Assembly (NCBI GenBank): GCA_051313645.2
Contig: JBNRSN020000023.1
Coordinates: 4,340,001 to 4,404,000, forward strand
DNA: 64,000 bases
Reading direction: 5' to 3'
Origin: Centroscyllium fabricii
Lineage: Eukaryota
Below are positions 1 through 19,387 of the stretch, piece after piece. The notes below the pieces were generated by a model. That model worked only from the letters and a program-made list of their open reading frames with translations, had not been told where the DNA came from and did no database searches. Every line of letters starts with the position of its first letter. Within the stretch, counting starts at the first letter, position 1. The position numbers were made by a program, and so were the translations under genes.

Positions 1-1943
1 TTCACAATGTTGACCACAATAGATTGAACGAGACTGACCTGCACCAGACAGTCCACAGTGAATCTGCAAACCAGCCCACAACGAGTTGGGGAAATGGAAA
101 GTGGATCAGTGGGGAGCTTCAGACAGAATCTGTTGCTCCATCACTGTAAAGTGCGATGTGGAGTTTTATCCCCATGAAATTTAAGAGCTGTAAAGTCCTG
201 TGTTTAGTTTGCACTGTTTCCTCATCTCCTGCAAACCCCGGGTCTGTTGTGAGGAACGGTTTTATTCCTGAAAGGTCAAGAGTCTCGTGTTTTCTCGACC
301 GACGCTGCCGGACCTGCTGAGTGCCTCCAGAGTTTTCTATTTCTGTTTGAGATTTCCAGAATCTGCAGTATTTCGGTTTGTGTTCCTATCCTGTTGTATC
401 TCTGGTCCAACTACCAGGCATTTAACAGAAGGACCACAAAACCTCCAGAACAGAGAAGAGTGAATTACATAAACCATCCAACACAGAAATAGAATATTTG
501 GCCCAATACTCTTCTGCAAACAACAGTTGATGCTCAGTCAATTGTTAATTTCAACTCTGAAATTGCTAGATTTTTATTAACCAAAGGCTTTAAGGGAAAC
601 GGGGCAAAGGCGGGTATATGGAGTTAGGTCTAAGATCAGCCATGATCTCATTGAATGGAGGGACAGGCTCGAGGGGCTGAATGGCCTCCTCCTATTCCTC
701 TTCAGCTCATGTTTATTCTCTACACAACCAGTGGTCCTAATCCTATGTGGCTGCCCTGTTCCTATACCAAGGCATCTAATCTTGTTCACTGCATCATTGG
801 AAAGAGGGGCGGTTGTAACTACGGTGGTGTTTGAACTTAGCTTCCACCAGCAGTAAAACTGAAGCTGCTCTCCCAAGTGTGGCCCATCAATCAGCTGAGC
901 CATTACAAAATGTCCAAAGAGCTTTCATGTTCCTTGTGGTGTGGAGACCCTCTCACCAACATTCAAGTCAATATTTTATTTGTAGTCAATCTAACCGGGT
1001 ACCATGTCTGCTCGCTCAGTCCTGGAGAGAATATTTAATGGGCTCTAGTGTCTCAGTACTTTCAAATGGAGTTCATTCATTCCTTTTCGGTAAACTATTT
1101 TTGAAGATTAATTGATGCCTAATTTGTGACATTTTCCCAGAACACTCTGAAATCTCCACACACTTTTTGGTTAATTGCAATCTTTTGAACAAGTTGTGGC
1201 AATGTGCAATATACCAAGTGAGTTATGGAAAATAATGTACAACAACTATCCGATTAACATTAACTGGTAGATCCTGACAACACTGATGCTGCAATAGAAA
1301 GGAAGGATATTTAAGTTTGTGAGAAGAACCATTTGCTTGAATAGGATTGATGGGATTATTGAATGATCGCCACGTTACCCAACACCAACAAACCCCAAAT
1401 AGGGCACACAGCAGCTTGATGTATAGGTTTATATAGACTAGTGGATTATTCAATCCCAGACATCCAGTATAGTCCTGGGGGTAGAAAAGAAAGTAATGTG
1501 GGGACGAAAGGGATTGCTAAACAGATATCCGACCCAAATGGAAGTTTCTAAGATTTATTGTGTATAAATGTCACAAAGCTTTAGCAATCGAGTGAGTGAC
1601 TGATGGCATCAGGTTATTGTAAAGACACCTCAGTAGGTGGTCATTCCCCACCCTGACAGGAAAGAGTTTGAAGCAGGACACCAGGCCGATACTCTCCATT
1701 CTCCTGACTGAAGGGTCCATACTGAAGGCACCAATTCAAACCCCTCCTCCCTTCCCCATTTCTTTGTTTAAACCTCCACAGCTTCACGACAATTTGCCGA
1801 CCAACGTTGTAAAAATCCTTCAGCAGGAATGGGTAATGAGATTTCAGGAAACCATTAGAAGCCGCTCCAATGATAACTTGAAGATGTGGGCACAGCCATC
1901 CTGGGCACCAGGATGGACTTCTATCTTTTTAAAACTTAAAAAT

Positions 1944-2327
1944 GGGTGGCATGGTGGCTAGCACTGTTGCCTTACAGCATTAGAGACCCAGGTTCAAATC
2001 CAGCCTCAGGTACTATCTGTGTGGAGTTTGCACATTCTCCCCGTGTCTGTGTAGTTTTCCTCCGGGTGCTCCGGTTTCCTCCCACAGTCCAAAGATGTGC
2101 AGGTTAGGTTGATTGGCCATGATAAATTTGACCCTTAGTGTTAGGGGGATTGAATATGTGGGGTTACGGGGATAGGTTGCGATTTGTGTCGGTGTAGGCT
2201 CGAGAGGGATCGAGAGATATGGGGACAAGGCAGCGACAGGGTACTGAGTTTGGATGATCAGCCATGATCTCATTGAATGATGGAGCAGGCTCGAGGGGCC
2301 GAATGGCCTACTCCTATCTTTCTATGT
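1944..2327 (+). mobile_element. tRNA-derived V-SINE (shark HE1-like) with CR1-like tail
   Basis: A/B-box head (ggttcaaatcc), V-domain tgtggagtttgcacattctccccgtgtctg...ggtttcctcccacagtccaaagatgtgc, tail gatcagccatgatctcattgaat...ggcctactcct. Confidence 0.85.
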
Positions 2328-2529
2328 CATATTACACAGCTGTATGCACCGGGATCAATGATCAACTAGCTCAGCTATTTAATTACAACAAAGACAAACC
2401 AGTTCAAAGAATAATTTTTATTGCCATGGACTTTGACAGTTAGATGGGAAAAGTTGGAATTAACCACAACCATTAGAAGTTGGTCACTTCATTTCCACCA
2501 TGCGTACAACTAATGGTTCAAGAATCCCA

Positions 2530-5521
<2,992 letters not shown>

Positions 5522-5600
5522 CTTAACTCTTCCTGTTGATCAGCACTAAGCTCAAACTCCACTGTAGCAACAACCTAACCGCTGGCCTCACAAGCTCCTG

Positions 5601-5655
5601 TATTTATACTAGTGGGACAGCCTGCATTTCAACAGGGTCTGATATGACCAATGAT
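5601..5655 (-). promoter_or_regulatory. Ferritin core promoter: TATAAATA box plus CCAAT element (same motif upstream of all six copies)
   Basis: TATAAATA on minus strand ~80 nt upstream of each ATG (5601-5608, 19467-19474, 32687-32694, 39424-39431, 46182-46189, 52390-52397). CCAAT lies ~40 nt further upstream (altered to tcaat in copy 6). Confidence 0.75.
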
Positions 5656-5682
5656 GAATGACAATCCCCGAGAGCCAGTCAG

Positions 5683-5998
5683 ACTCTTTTATTTAAAACC
5701 CAATAGAAAAACACCATTATTTACAATATTTACAAAACAAAATAAAACCCCACATTACCGCGCTTGAGCCGCGGCAAACTCCCAAGCCCCAATGTCCACA
5801 AGGTAGGTGTCAAAGTTTCAAGCCCTCCTGCCTTCCTCAGACTCTTTTATTTAAAACCCAATTAAAAAACACCATTATTTACAATATTTACAAAACAAAA
5901 TAAAACCCCACATTACCGCGCTTGAGCCGCGGCAACTTCCCAAGCCCCAATGTCCACAAGGTAGGGGTCAAAGTTTCAAGCCCTCCTGCCTTCCTCAG
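5683..5998 (-). mobile_element. Two tandem 158-bp copies of the 3' terminus of the Tx1 element found at 19549-26906
   Basis: 5683-5840 and 5841-5998 are near-identical to each other, and each matches 19549-~19699 (ends AAATAAAAGAG on minus; TTGCCGCG..CGCGGTAA hairpin). Confidence 0.9.
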
Positions 5999-6563
5999 AC
6001 TGAATCTGAAAGTGTCTCTGTTCTCAGAATAAGAGCTTCACAACATATCTCAGAGTTCGATGAAATTCCACCCTAGAGATGGTGTCGAGCACAACCGGCT
6101 CTAATTTAACCCGTCTTGGGAGATTTGATGGACATCTCGGTGGGTCCAGAACGAGTCCGTGATACCAAGGTTCACAATGTTGAACACTGTGGCGACACGC
6201 CCACCAGGACCATCGAATCCACCTCGGGAGTACTGCGAGACGGCCCCGCCCGCCGGGCGGCGTGACGACGTCACCGCGACTTCCGGCATGATGACGTCGC
6301 CAGGTGGACACCTGGCAGTGACGTCACCAACCGCGGGTCCTTTAAATACGCTGGTTCCAGGTGGCTCAGCCTCTTCGCTACCTGGCCATAGTTGTGTTAA
6401 CATTAAATGATTGTTTTCCGAATTCACTGTCTCTAGCGTGGTTCTTCAGGCCTGCATGCTCTACAGTGGTGACCTCGATACTTGGAACGAATTCCAAGGG
6501 AACATAATGAAGCAGTTGCTGCAGGACTGAGGGCCAAGGTGCCTCAGTTGAATCACAACCAAC

Positions 6564-7303
6564 ATGCCAGCAGGGAGCCAAACAGCGCGACTCCACAGAC
6601 TGGGCCAGAACTACGGCCAAATACCAAACTTGCCAGAGTTCTGGGAACTACGTCCAGCGGCCTGGTTCCTCAGCACAGAGAACACCTACCGCATCCATGG
6701 TGTACAGGGGGACGATCGATATAGCCTGCTCTTCGCGGCCCTTTCACAGACCACGGTCGACCGAATGTGGTCATCGATACAGCACGAACCAACTGCTGGC
6801 AGGTACGAATCTCTTAAGGCCGCGCTGCTAAAAAAATTCACCCCCACCCAATTCGAGCGCGACTGCCAGCTCATTAACCTCCCCGAACTCGGGGACGCAG
6901 ACCCATCGGACCTCTGGGCCCAAATGGAAGCGCTCAATTGCGACCCGGCCACCATTAAGCGCGCCTTGTTCCTCCTCAAACTGCCCCCCTCCGTCAGACC
7001 GGCTCTGACAATCCTCGACCACTACACTAAAGAGCAACTGGCTGAGGAGGCCGACAAGCTGATGAGGGCCGAGCGCACCTGAGCCGCCACGTGCCAACCC
7101 ACGCCTGCTCCACCGGAGCAGTACTACGCGCACCCCAGGTCTGGCCCTAGGTCCGAACCCAGGCCAGTGCGTACCCGTAAAAAGCCACGCACCACAGGCC
7201 CCGGCTGGTGCTACTACCACACCAGGTTTGAAGCCAAAGCGCAGCGCTGCGTCCAGCCCTGCACCTTCAAACCCAAACCAGCCCAAGCCCCACCATGTCC
7301 GTA
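6564..7303 (+). pseudogene. Gypsy gag with in-frame TGA at 7080-7082
   Basis: LPEFW..PAAWF Gag motif. Reading through the TGA gives [19 protein letters not shown], the typical C-terminal Cys/His motif, then TAG at ~7303. Confidence 0.8.
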
Positions 7304-10300
7304 GGCCGCTCCGGAGCACTGCTCTTCGTCACGGACAGCGGCTCAGGCCTCCGCTTCCTCTGCGACACAGGCGCGCAGCACAGCATCGTGCCAGCCTCCT
7401 CCGCAGAAACCAAGCAAGGCACCCAAGGCCCACCACTCGAAGCCGCAAACGGCTCCGAGATAGTTACGTTCGGCACCCGCCAGCTTATCATCAAGCTGGC
7501 AGGCCACACGTACAAGTGGGACTTCATCACAGCCCAAGTCAAAATACCCCTACTCGGGGCCGACTTTCTGTGCGCCCACGGCCTACTGGTCGACGTTACC
7601 CGACGCCGCCTGGTCGACATCCACAACATGTCGACCATCCCATGCTCCACAGGGCCGGCACACCAGACCCACGCAGCGTCCCACTGCCGAGCCTGGAACT
7701 CCGACACGTACGCCACACTCCTCGCGGAGTTCCCAGCCCTCACTAACCCCACCTTTACAGCCCGTACGGCCAAGCACGGGGTGGAGCACCACATCACCAC
7801 CACAGGCCCCCCAGTCCATGCCCACGCACGTAGGCTGGACCCGGCCAAGCTGGAGATCACACGCGCCGAGTTCCACATCATGGAACAACTCGGCATAATC
7901 CGCCGCTCCAGCAGCCCCTGGGCCTCCCCCCTCTGCATTGCCCCCAAACCCGGCGGCGGCTGGCGCCCCTGCGGAGACTACCGCCGCCTCAACAACGCCA
8001 CCACCCCAGACAGGTACCCCGTCCCCCACATCCAAGACTTCTCAGCAAGGCTAGCCGGCTGCACGATCTTTTCAAAGATCGACCTGGTACGGGGCTACCA
8101 CCAAGTACCAGTGCACCCGGCGGACGTCCCTAAGACAGCCGTCATTACCCCCTTCGGCCTTTTTGAATTCCTCCGAATGCCCTTCGGACTCAAAAACGCG
8201 GCCCAGGCCTTCCAACGCCTCATGGACTCAGTCCTGCGGGACTTGCAGTTCACGTTCGTCTACCTGGACGACATCCTCGTGGCCAGCAACTCCCCCCAGG
8301 AACACCTCGTCCATCTCAGGACCCTGTTTAAACGCCTGGTCGAACACGGCCTTATATTAAGCCCCTCCAAATGTCGATTCGGCCTCGAGACGATCGACTT
8401 CCTCGGCCACCGCATCTCCCAGACCGGGGCCATACCCCTGCCCTCCAAGGTGCAGGCGGTTCAGGAATTCCCCCGCCCGCACTCCATCAAGGGGCTGCAT
8501 GAATTCCTTGGGATGGTTAATTTTTATAACCGCTTCATCCCAGGAGCAGCCGCTCTCATGGGCCCCCTCTACCACGCCACCCGCGGCCAGTCCAACAAGG
8601 CTGCGGTCGAGTGGACGGCCGAAGCCAACACCGCCTTCACCGCAACCAAAACCGCCCTGGCCAACGCCACGCTCCTCACCCACCCTAGGCCCAACGCCAG
8701 AGTAGCCCTCACCACCGACGCCTCCGACCGCACCGTCAGAGCAGTCTTTGAGCAGTGGACAGGCGACTCCTGGCAACCCCTGGCCTTTTTTAGCCGACAA
8801 CTCCGGCCCCCGGAGGTCAAGTACAGCGCCTTCGATAGGGAGCTACTCGCACTCTACCTCGCGGTGCGCCACTTCCGCTTCCTCCTAGAGGGCCGCCACT
8901 TTACAGCCTTCGTGGATCACAAGCCACTTGTGTCTGCAATGGCTAAGATCGCCGAACCCTGGTCGGCCAGGCAGCAGCGCCAGCTCGCGGCTGTGTCGGA
9001 GTTTACCACCGACATTCAGCACATCGCCGGCCACGACAACGTGGTCGCTGACTGCCTCTCACGCCCCACCATCAACTCCGTACAAACGGCCGTCGTCTAC
9101 GCCAAATTGGCGGCCGACCAACTGACCGACCCCGATCTGCTCGACCCAGCTACCAACCTCCCCGGCCTGCTCTTGGCCACCGTAGCACACGGGCCCACAG
9201 CCACGGTGGTCCGCTGCGACGTCTCCCTCCCGCAGCCCAGACCCGTCGTCCCCCACGCATGGAGGCGACACATCTTCCAGACCCTCCATGACCTGTCCCA
9301 CCCCGGCGTCCGCGCGTCCACCAAGCTGATCTCTGCGCGTTTCGTTTGGCGCGGCCTGCGCAAGGATGTCCGCGCCTGGACCAACACCTGCAATGCCTGC
9401 CAGCACGCCAAGGTGCACAAGCACATCAAGGCGCCACTTGAAACGATCGCCATCCCAGCTAGACGCTTCAGCCACGTCCACATTGACCTGGTCGGACCAC
9501 TACCACCATCACGGGGACATACACATGTCATGACTATGGTCGACCGCAGCACCCGCTGGCCAGAAGTGGTCCCCCTCACCGCTACCACCACCGCGGACCT
9601 GGCCAGGGCCTTCATTGCCACCTGGGTCGCACGTTTCGGCGTCCCCACACCGCCATCACGTCAGACAGGGGCCCCCAATTTACCTCAACCCTATGGGCAA
9701 CCATCGCCCACGACCTCGGGGCAACCCTGCACCGAACCACCGCCTACCACCCACAGGCCAATGGCCTCTGCGAATGGTTCCACCGCTCCATCAAAGCTTC
9801 CTTGCGGGCCAGCCTCAAAGACGCGACCTGGACCGACCGCCTGCCCTGGGTAATGCTCGGCCTACGTTCAGCGGCCAAGGAAGACCTGCACGCCTCAGCG
9901 GCGGAACTCGTCTATGGCCAACCCCTAACCGTACCAGGCGTGTTCGTCGCAGAAACCAACGCCCCCTGGTCAGCCGACCGCTGCCTCAAGGAATTCAATA
10001 ACCAGGCAGCGGCGTTCAAACCACTCCCGGTGGCCCGGCACTGAGAGCCGGCAGCACGTGTTCCAGATGGCATCGAGAATGCCAAGTATGTGTTTGTCCG
10101 CCACGACGCACATCGAACACCACTACAGCTACCGTACGACGGACCGTACAGAGTGCTTCGGGCGGGACCTAAGACGTTCCAGATAAAAATGGGCAACAGA
10201 GCTGAGACTGTCTCAATCGACCGGCTCAAACCGGCACACGTAATGGCGGGTGAGACAACAGTCCCCGCGCAGCCACCAAAGCGAGGACGCCCTACCGCAC

Positions 10301-10389
10301 CAAAGCCCGCCCACACTCCCACGCAGAACAAGGAGCAGCGCACGACACGTGCTGGCCGCATCATCAGGCCACCTCAATGCCTCGCCTGA
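7295..10389 (+). pseudogene. Gypsy pol (protease CDTGA, RT YLDD, RNase H TDAS, integrase) with frameshift near 9650 and stop at 10042-10044
   Basis: ORF 7295-9853 diverges after FGVP. The integrase ([23 protein letters not shown]) continues in another frame through ORFs 9802-10044 and 10090-10389. Confidence 0.9.
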
Positions 10390-10804
10390 GACTCATCTTT
10401 TATGCTCCAATTTTTTATTTTTACTTTATGCTCCCTTCTACTTTAGGTTCAGCTTTATTCTCCCTCACAGATTCTGGGGGGGAGCTGTGTGGCGACACGC
10501 CCACCAGGACCATCGAATCCGCCTCAGGAGTACTGCGAGACGGCCCCGCCCACTGGGCGGCGTGACGACGTCACCGCGATTTCCGGCGTGATGACGTCGC
10601 CAGGTGGACACCCGGCAGTGACGTCACCAACCGCGGGTCCTTTAAATACGCTGGTTCCAGGTGGCTCAGCTTCTTCGCTACCTGGCCATAGTTGTGTTAA
10701 CATTAAATGATTGTTTTCCGAATTCACTGTGTCCAGCGTGGTTCTTCAGGCCTGCATGCTCTACAACACAATAGATTGAACCAGACTGACCTGCACCAGA
10801 CAGT

Positions 10805-12691
10805 TGTAAGGGGTCTGCGCCGTGTTTTTACGCGACTTGGGGTCCTATTGCCTTGCTCTAGCCACCGGCCAGGCCTCGCGCAATAATCCTCCCCCGTGAG
10901 TGGTTCGACCCGCTCGCCCTTACGATTCTCTACGCTGGACTTAGATGCAGGAAAGAGTGATGCAGAAACTGGACTCGTTGGAAACTTGGCTTTAGTAGAA
11001 GTTCAAATGGATCTTTATTATAGCAGACCATAGATCTACACACATCAACCATGGGACACACACGTCCTGTATTAAAGTAATATTAAATATAAACATTCGT
11101 AGATAAATATACCCGACACACGCTACTATCTTATAAAATGGGGAACACATGACACATCAAAAAAGGGGCCAACACTCTATCGATTGCCCTATAACCACCC
11201 TCCCCTCTATTGCCTAAACTATGTCCAGGTGTGTAGGATCGGGGAACATGCTCACCACTCGGTTAAACTCGGGGTCTGCTACGAAGTTCGCGTCTCTCGG
11301 CTGCAGCGTTGGTCGTCACGTGGCTGTGGAAGATTCGGGAGCCCACTTGTTTACGTCTCCCTCTTGGCGGCGGCTGGGTCTGCTCGGGCTGGCCCCGGGC
11401 GGGTCTCTCAAGGCTTTTCTACCTCTCAACACCGAACCGCACTGTCTTCCTGGCTGAACCGGGCCCTGTGGTGAGCCGGTCCTACCCTCTCGAGCCGATC
11501 TGTAACTGACTGCCTTTCTTGTCGTTTGTCCGAATGTCTCTCCCGGACTGTGCTGCCCGTCTTAACCTCGACTTAACTGCCGAACTATGGGTTCCGTGCC
11601 CAATTCTCCAGTGCCTCGTTTTGCTTCTTTGACGCTACCCCACTCTCTGTCAAGATAGCTCTTCCAGTCTCGGTTAAATAGCTCTACCAGCTTCTGGTAA
11701 CTGGCTCTACGAGGGCCTTCAGCACCTTCTGCACTATGTCCCAGTGCTAGCAACCAACTATCTCACACTCTGCAATGGTCACCGCTCGGGCCCAACACTA
11801 TCGTCCCGTGCCCTCCAGTACCTGCTCTTTGCCTAGAGCAGCACCGTGCCTCAGACGAGGAGAGAAGATGCACCCTCGCCCACCCTGCACCCAGAGATCG
11901 AAACGGGAGCCTCCGAAGAAAGCCCACCAGAGTCACCGAACGAGTCGCGTAGAGATCATAGAGTGTTCATAGAGCGTGCCTAGAGTAGCCAAAACTGTGC
12001 TGTGCCCTAGGAGCCCCAAGAAGAAGTCTCTGAGAGAGAGCGCGATTCAAACTGTACCAAGTGTCTTAGAGTTATAGAAAAATACTGTGGGCTTATGTCC
12101 CGCCCAAATCGTGGAATGTTTTGTGATATTAAATGGTTCGGATGTCTCCTTTGTTTAGTTAACCTGTCCGGGATGGCCCGAGAACAGCCTTAACTGCTTG
12201 TGAAAGCGTTTTCCATTGTCTGGAAATTGTGTAAATGGTCTACCGATGGTATTGCTGTACAAATCATGAGTCTGACTATCCGGGTCAGTTAATCGATCTC
12301 TGGCAGTATCATATTTATCCATTAACAGGGTGCTTCTTTATTGTTGGGCTAAACGGGTCCAACAATCGGTTTTGGGGAGGACTTGTTAGTTCTTTACAAC
12401 AAGTGTTATTCCCCAGCGCCTCCATGTCTGGGCGCTGGCTGGGTTTCGCGGGCTTTTGCAGGGCTCATGCATAATGTTTTGTCTGAACGGCAGCTAAGTG
12501 TATTCCGATGTCTCGAGAGTTCTGGTCGGCTTGTCACGGGGTCTAGTGGCCATCTTAGGGGCCCCTTTCTTTCTCTCTCTTTCAACAAGCCGCAGCCCTT
12601 TCTGCTCTGCAGCCATTTTGTTCAATAAAAATGTCCAATTAAACCGGCTGTCTCCTGTCGTTTATGAATCGGTAAAATTGCGACCTTTACA
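10805..12691 (-). mobile_element. 1.9-kb solo-LTR-like insertion
   Basis: Termini TGTAAGG...CCTTTACA and 4-bp TSD cagt (10801-10804/12692-12695). It interrupts a spacer sequence that is contiguous in paralogous units (gacagtccacagtg). No coding motifs. Minus-strand AATAAA near 11015; the orientation call rests on this alone. Confidence 0.75.
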
Positions 12692-13902
12692 CAGTCCACA
12701 GTGAATCTGCAAACCAGCCCACAACGAGTTGGGGAAATGGAAAGTGGATCAGTGGGGAGCTTCAGACAGAATCTGTTGCTCCGTCACTGTAAAGTGCGAT
12801 GTGGAGTTTTATCCCCATGAAATTTAAGAGCTGTAAAGTCCTGTGTTTAGTTTGCACTGTTTCCTCATCTCCTGCAAACCCCGGGTCTGTTGTGAGGAAC
12901 GGTTTTAGACCTGAAAGGTCAAGTGTCTCATGTTTTCTCGACCGATGCTGCCTGACCTGCCGAGTGTCTCCAGCGTTTTCTGTTTGAGATTTCCAGTATC
13001 TGCAGTATTTCAGTTTGTGTTCCTATCCTGTTGTAACTCTGGTCCAACTACCAGGCATTTAACAGAAGGACCACAAAACCTCCAGAACAGAGAACAGTGA
13101 ATTACATAAACTGTCCAACACAGAAATAGGATGTTTGGCCCAACTCTCTTCAGCAAATAGCAGTTGATGGTTGGTCAATTGTTAATTTTAAATCTGAGAT
13201 TGATAGATTTTTGTTAACCAAAGCTGTTGAGGGACGTGGGACAAAGGCGGGTACATGGAGTTAGGTCACAGATCAGCAATGATCTCATTGAATGGAGGGA
13301 CAGGCTCGAGGGGCTGAATGGCCTCCTGTTCCGAATCAGCTCATGTTTATTCTCTACACAAGCACCAGTCCTAATCCCACGAGGCTGCCCCGTTGCTATA
13401 CCATGGCATCTAATCTTGTTTAGGTACATGATTGGAAAGAGGTTCAGTTGTAACTACGGTGGTGTTTGAACGTAGCTCCCACCAACAGTAAAACTGAAGA
13501 TTGTCGCCCAAGTATGTCAGAACTACCATGTGAGTGCGCGAGACACATGTCCCATCAATCAGCTGTACCATTCCGGAAAGTCCAACGAGCTTTCATTCCC
13601 CTTGTGGTGTGGAGAACCAATGTATTTTCCAGTTTAGTTCCCACCAACAGTCCAAACAATATTTTATTTGTAGTCAGTCTTACCATTTATAGCAGCTCAC
13701 CATCGCTGCCAGCTCAGTCCTTGAGAGATTATTTAATGCGTTCGGGTGTCTCAGTATTTTCAAATGGACTGCGCTCATTCCCTTTGGGTGAACTATTCTT
13801 TGAACATTAATCGATGTTTATTTTGGGGCATCTTCAGGAACACTCCAAAATCGCCACACACTTTGCGTGTTAAAGGCAGGCTTTGAACAAATTGTGGGCG
13901 TT

Positions 13903-14645
13903 ATTGCAGAGGAGATTCACCAGGCTGATACCTGGGATGGCAGGATTGACGTATGGGGAGAGACTGGGTAGACTGGGTTTGTACTCTCTGGAGTTTAGAA
14001 GATTGAGAGGGGATCTCATCGAAACGTATAAAATTCTAACTGGTCTGGACAGACTTGATGCAGGAAGAATGTTCCCGATGGTAGGAGAGTCCAGAACCAG
14101 GGGTCATAGTCTAAGGATAAGGGGTGACTCATTTAGGATGGAGATGAGGAGGAATTTCTTCAGCCAGAGGGTGGTGGGGCTGTGGAATTTGCTGCCCCAG
14201 AGAGCTGTGGAAGCTACTACTTTGAATAATTTTAAAACAGAGATAGACAGTTTCCTGGAAGAAAAGGGAATTCGGGGTTATGGTGAGCAGGCAGGCAAGT
14301 GGACGTGAGGATAGGTTCAGATCGGCCATGTGATCTCCTGGACCAGTTTTCGATCGCCTAGATGGGTCGGAGAGGAATTTCCCAGATTTTTTCTTCCAAA
14401 TTGGCTACTGGGTTTTTTATCCGGTTTTTCGCCTCTCCTGGGTGATCACATGTGTTTGGGTGGGGTGGAGAGTTAAAATAAAATTGAGGTTGGGATCAGA
14501 TCAGTCATGATCTTCTTGAATGGCGGAGCAGGCTCGAGGGGCTGTAGCGCAAGGCAGTAACGGACCCCAAGTCGTACAATAAAATATACGGCGCACGCTC
14601 CTTACAGGGCCGATTGGCCTACTCCTGCTCCTATTTCTTATGTTA
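13903..14645 (+). mobile_element. CR1-clade LINE 3' fragment (HER1-like)
   Basis: ORF 13883-14308: QRRFTRLIPG..YGERL..LYSLE.RRLRGDLIETYK..TRGH..FFSQRVVGLWNLLP is the CR1 ORF2 C-terminus, followed by 3' tail sequence. Absent from the paralogous flank near 47830. Confidence 0.9.
14543..14606 (+). mobile_element. 64-bp TG...CA insertion with 4-bp TSD, homologous to one end of the 1.9-kb LTR
   Basis: gggc|TGTAGCGCAAGGCAGTAACGGACCCCAAGTCG...CGGCGCACGCTCCTTACA|gggc inside the LINE tail gctcgaggggc-cga; similar to the reverse complement of 10805-10860. Confidence 0.75.
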
Positions 14646-15651
14646 GCAATATACCAAGTGAATTAAATATACCAAATGAATTAGTGAAAATAATAATGCA
14701 TAGCTGCTGGTGGATCTGTACAACAGTGATACTGCAATAGAAAGGAAGTGAGTTTGTGTTTTTGAGACGAAGAATCACTTATTTAAAAGAATTTATATGT
14801 TTACTGATTTATCTCCACTTTACCCAACACCAACAAACTCCAACTTGGACAAACTGCAGCTTGATGTAAAGTTTTATATAGACTGGTGGCTCATTTAACC
14901 CCAGACATCAAGGTTAGCAGTTGGTGGGGGTAGAAAGTAGAAAAGGATGTGGGGGGGCGCAGGGGGAAGAGAATGTTCAACAGAAGTCAGCCTGCCCAAA
15001 GTGGAAGTTTCCAAGATGGCCAACGCTGTACTGTGTGCACATGTCACAAAGTTTTGGCAGTCCAGTGAATGACTCGTGGCATCAGTCAAATGTAAAGACA
15101 CCTCAATAGCAGGTCATCCCACCACCGTTCTTGAGAGGTAAACATTTGAAGCAGGACACCAGGCAGATATTCTCCATTTTCCTGACTGAAGAATCAATAG
15201 TTAAAGCATCAACTCAACACATTAACTCAACCCCCTCCACCCTGCCCCATTTCCTTGTTTTAAACCTCCACAGATTAATGACATCTTTCTGGCAGATGTT
15301 ATAAAAATACCCATCACAGATGGTTACCAAGAGTTCAGAAAACCATTAGAAGCATCTCCAGTGATGGTTTTGAAGATGTGGGCACAGCCATCTTGGACAC
15401 AGGGAGGGACTGCTGTATTTTTAAACTTTGATCATATATTACACAGCTGTGTTGTGCAGTGGGATCTCAGTAAGCAGATCAACTACTTATACAACAAAGA
15501 CAAACCAGTTCAATGATGAATAACTTTTATTTCCATGTACTGCGACAGTTAGATGAGAAAACTGGGAAATAACCACAACCAAAGCATTCACCATTAGAAG
15601 TTGGTCACTTCATTTCCACCATGTATAGAACTAATGGTTCAAGAATCCCCA

Positions 15652-19387
<3,736 letters not shown>

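Larger units (their letters stand above)
6188..10765 (+). mobile_element. Ty3/Gypsy LTR retrotransposon, full-length but decayed
   Basis: 278-bp LTRs 6188-6465 and 10488-10765 (TG...CA, about 10 differences), 4-bp TSD acac (6184-6187/10766-10769), PBS tggtgacctcga resembling a tRNA-Trp primer site, PPT at ~10476-10485, gag plus pol in PR-RT-RH-IN order. Confidence 0.95.

Noticed and set aside
1944-2010. tRNA gene
   Set aside because: The A/B-box region is the head of a V-SINE; there is no full cloverleaf.
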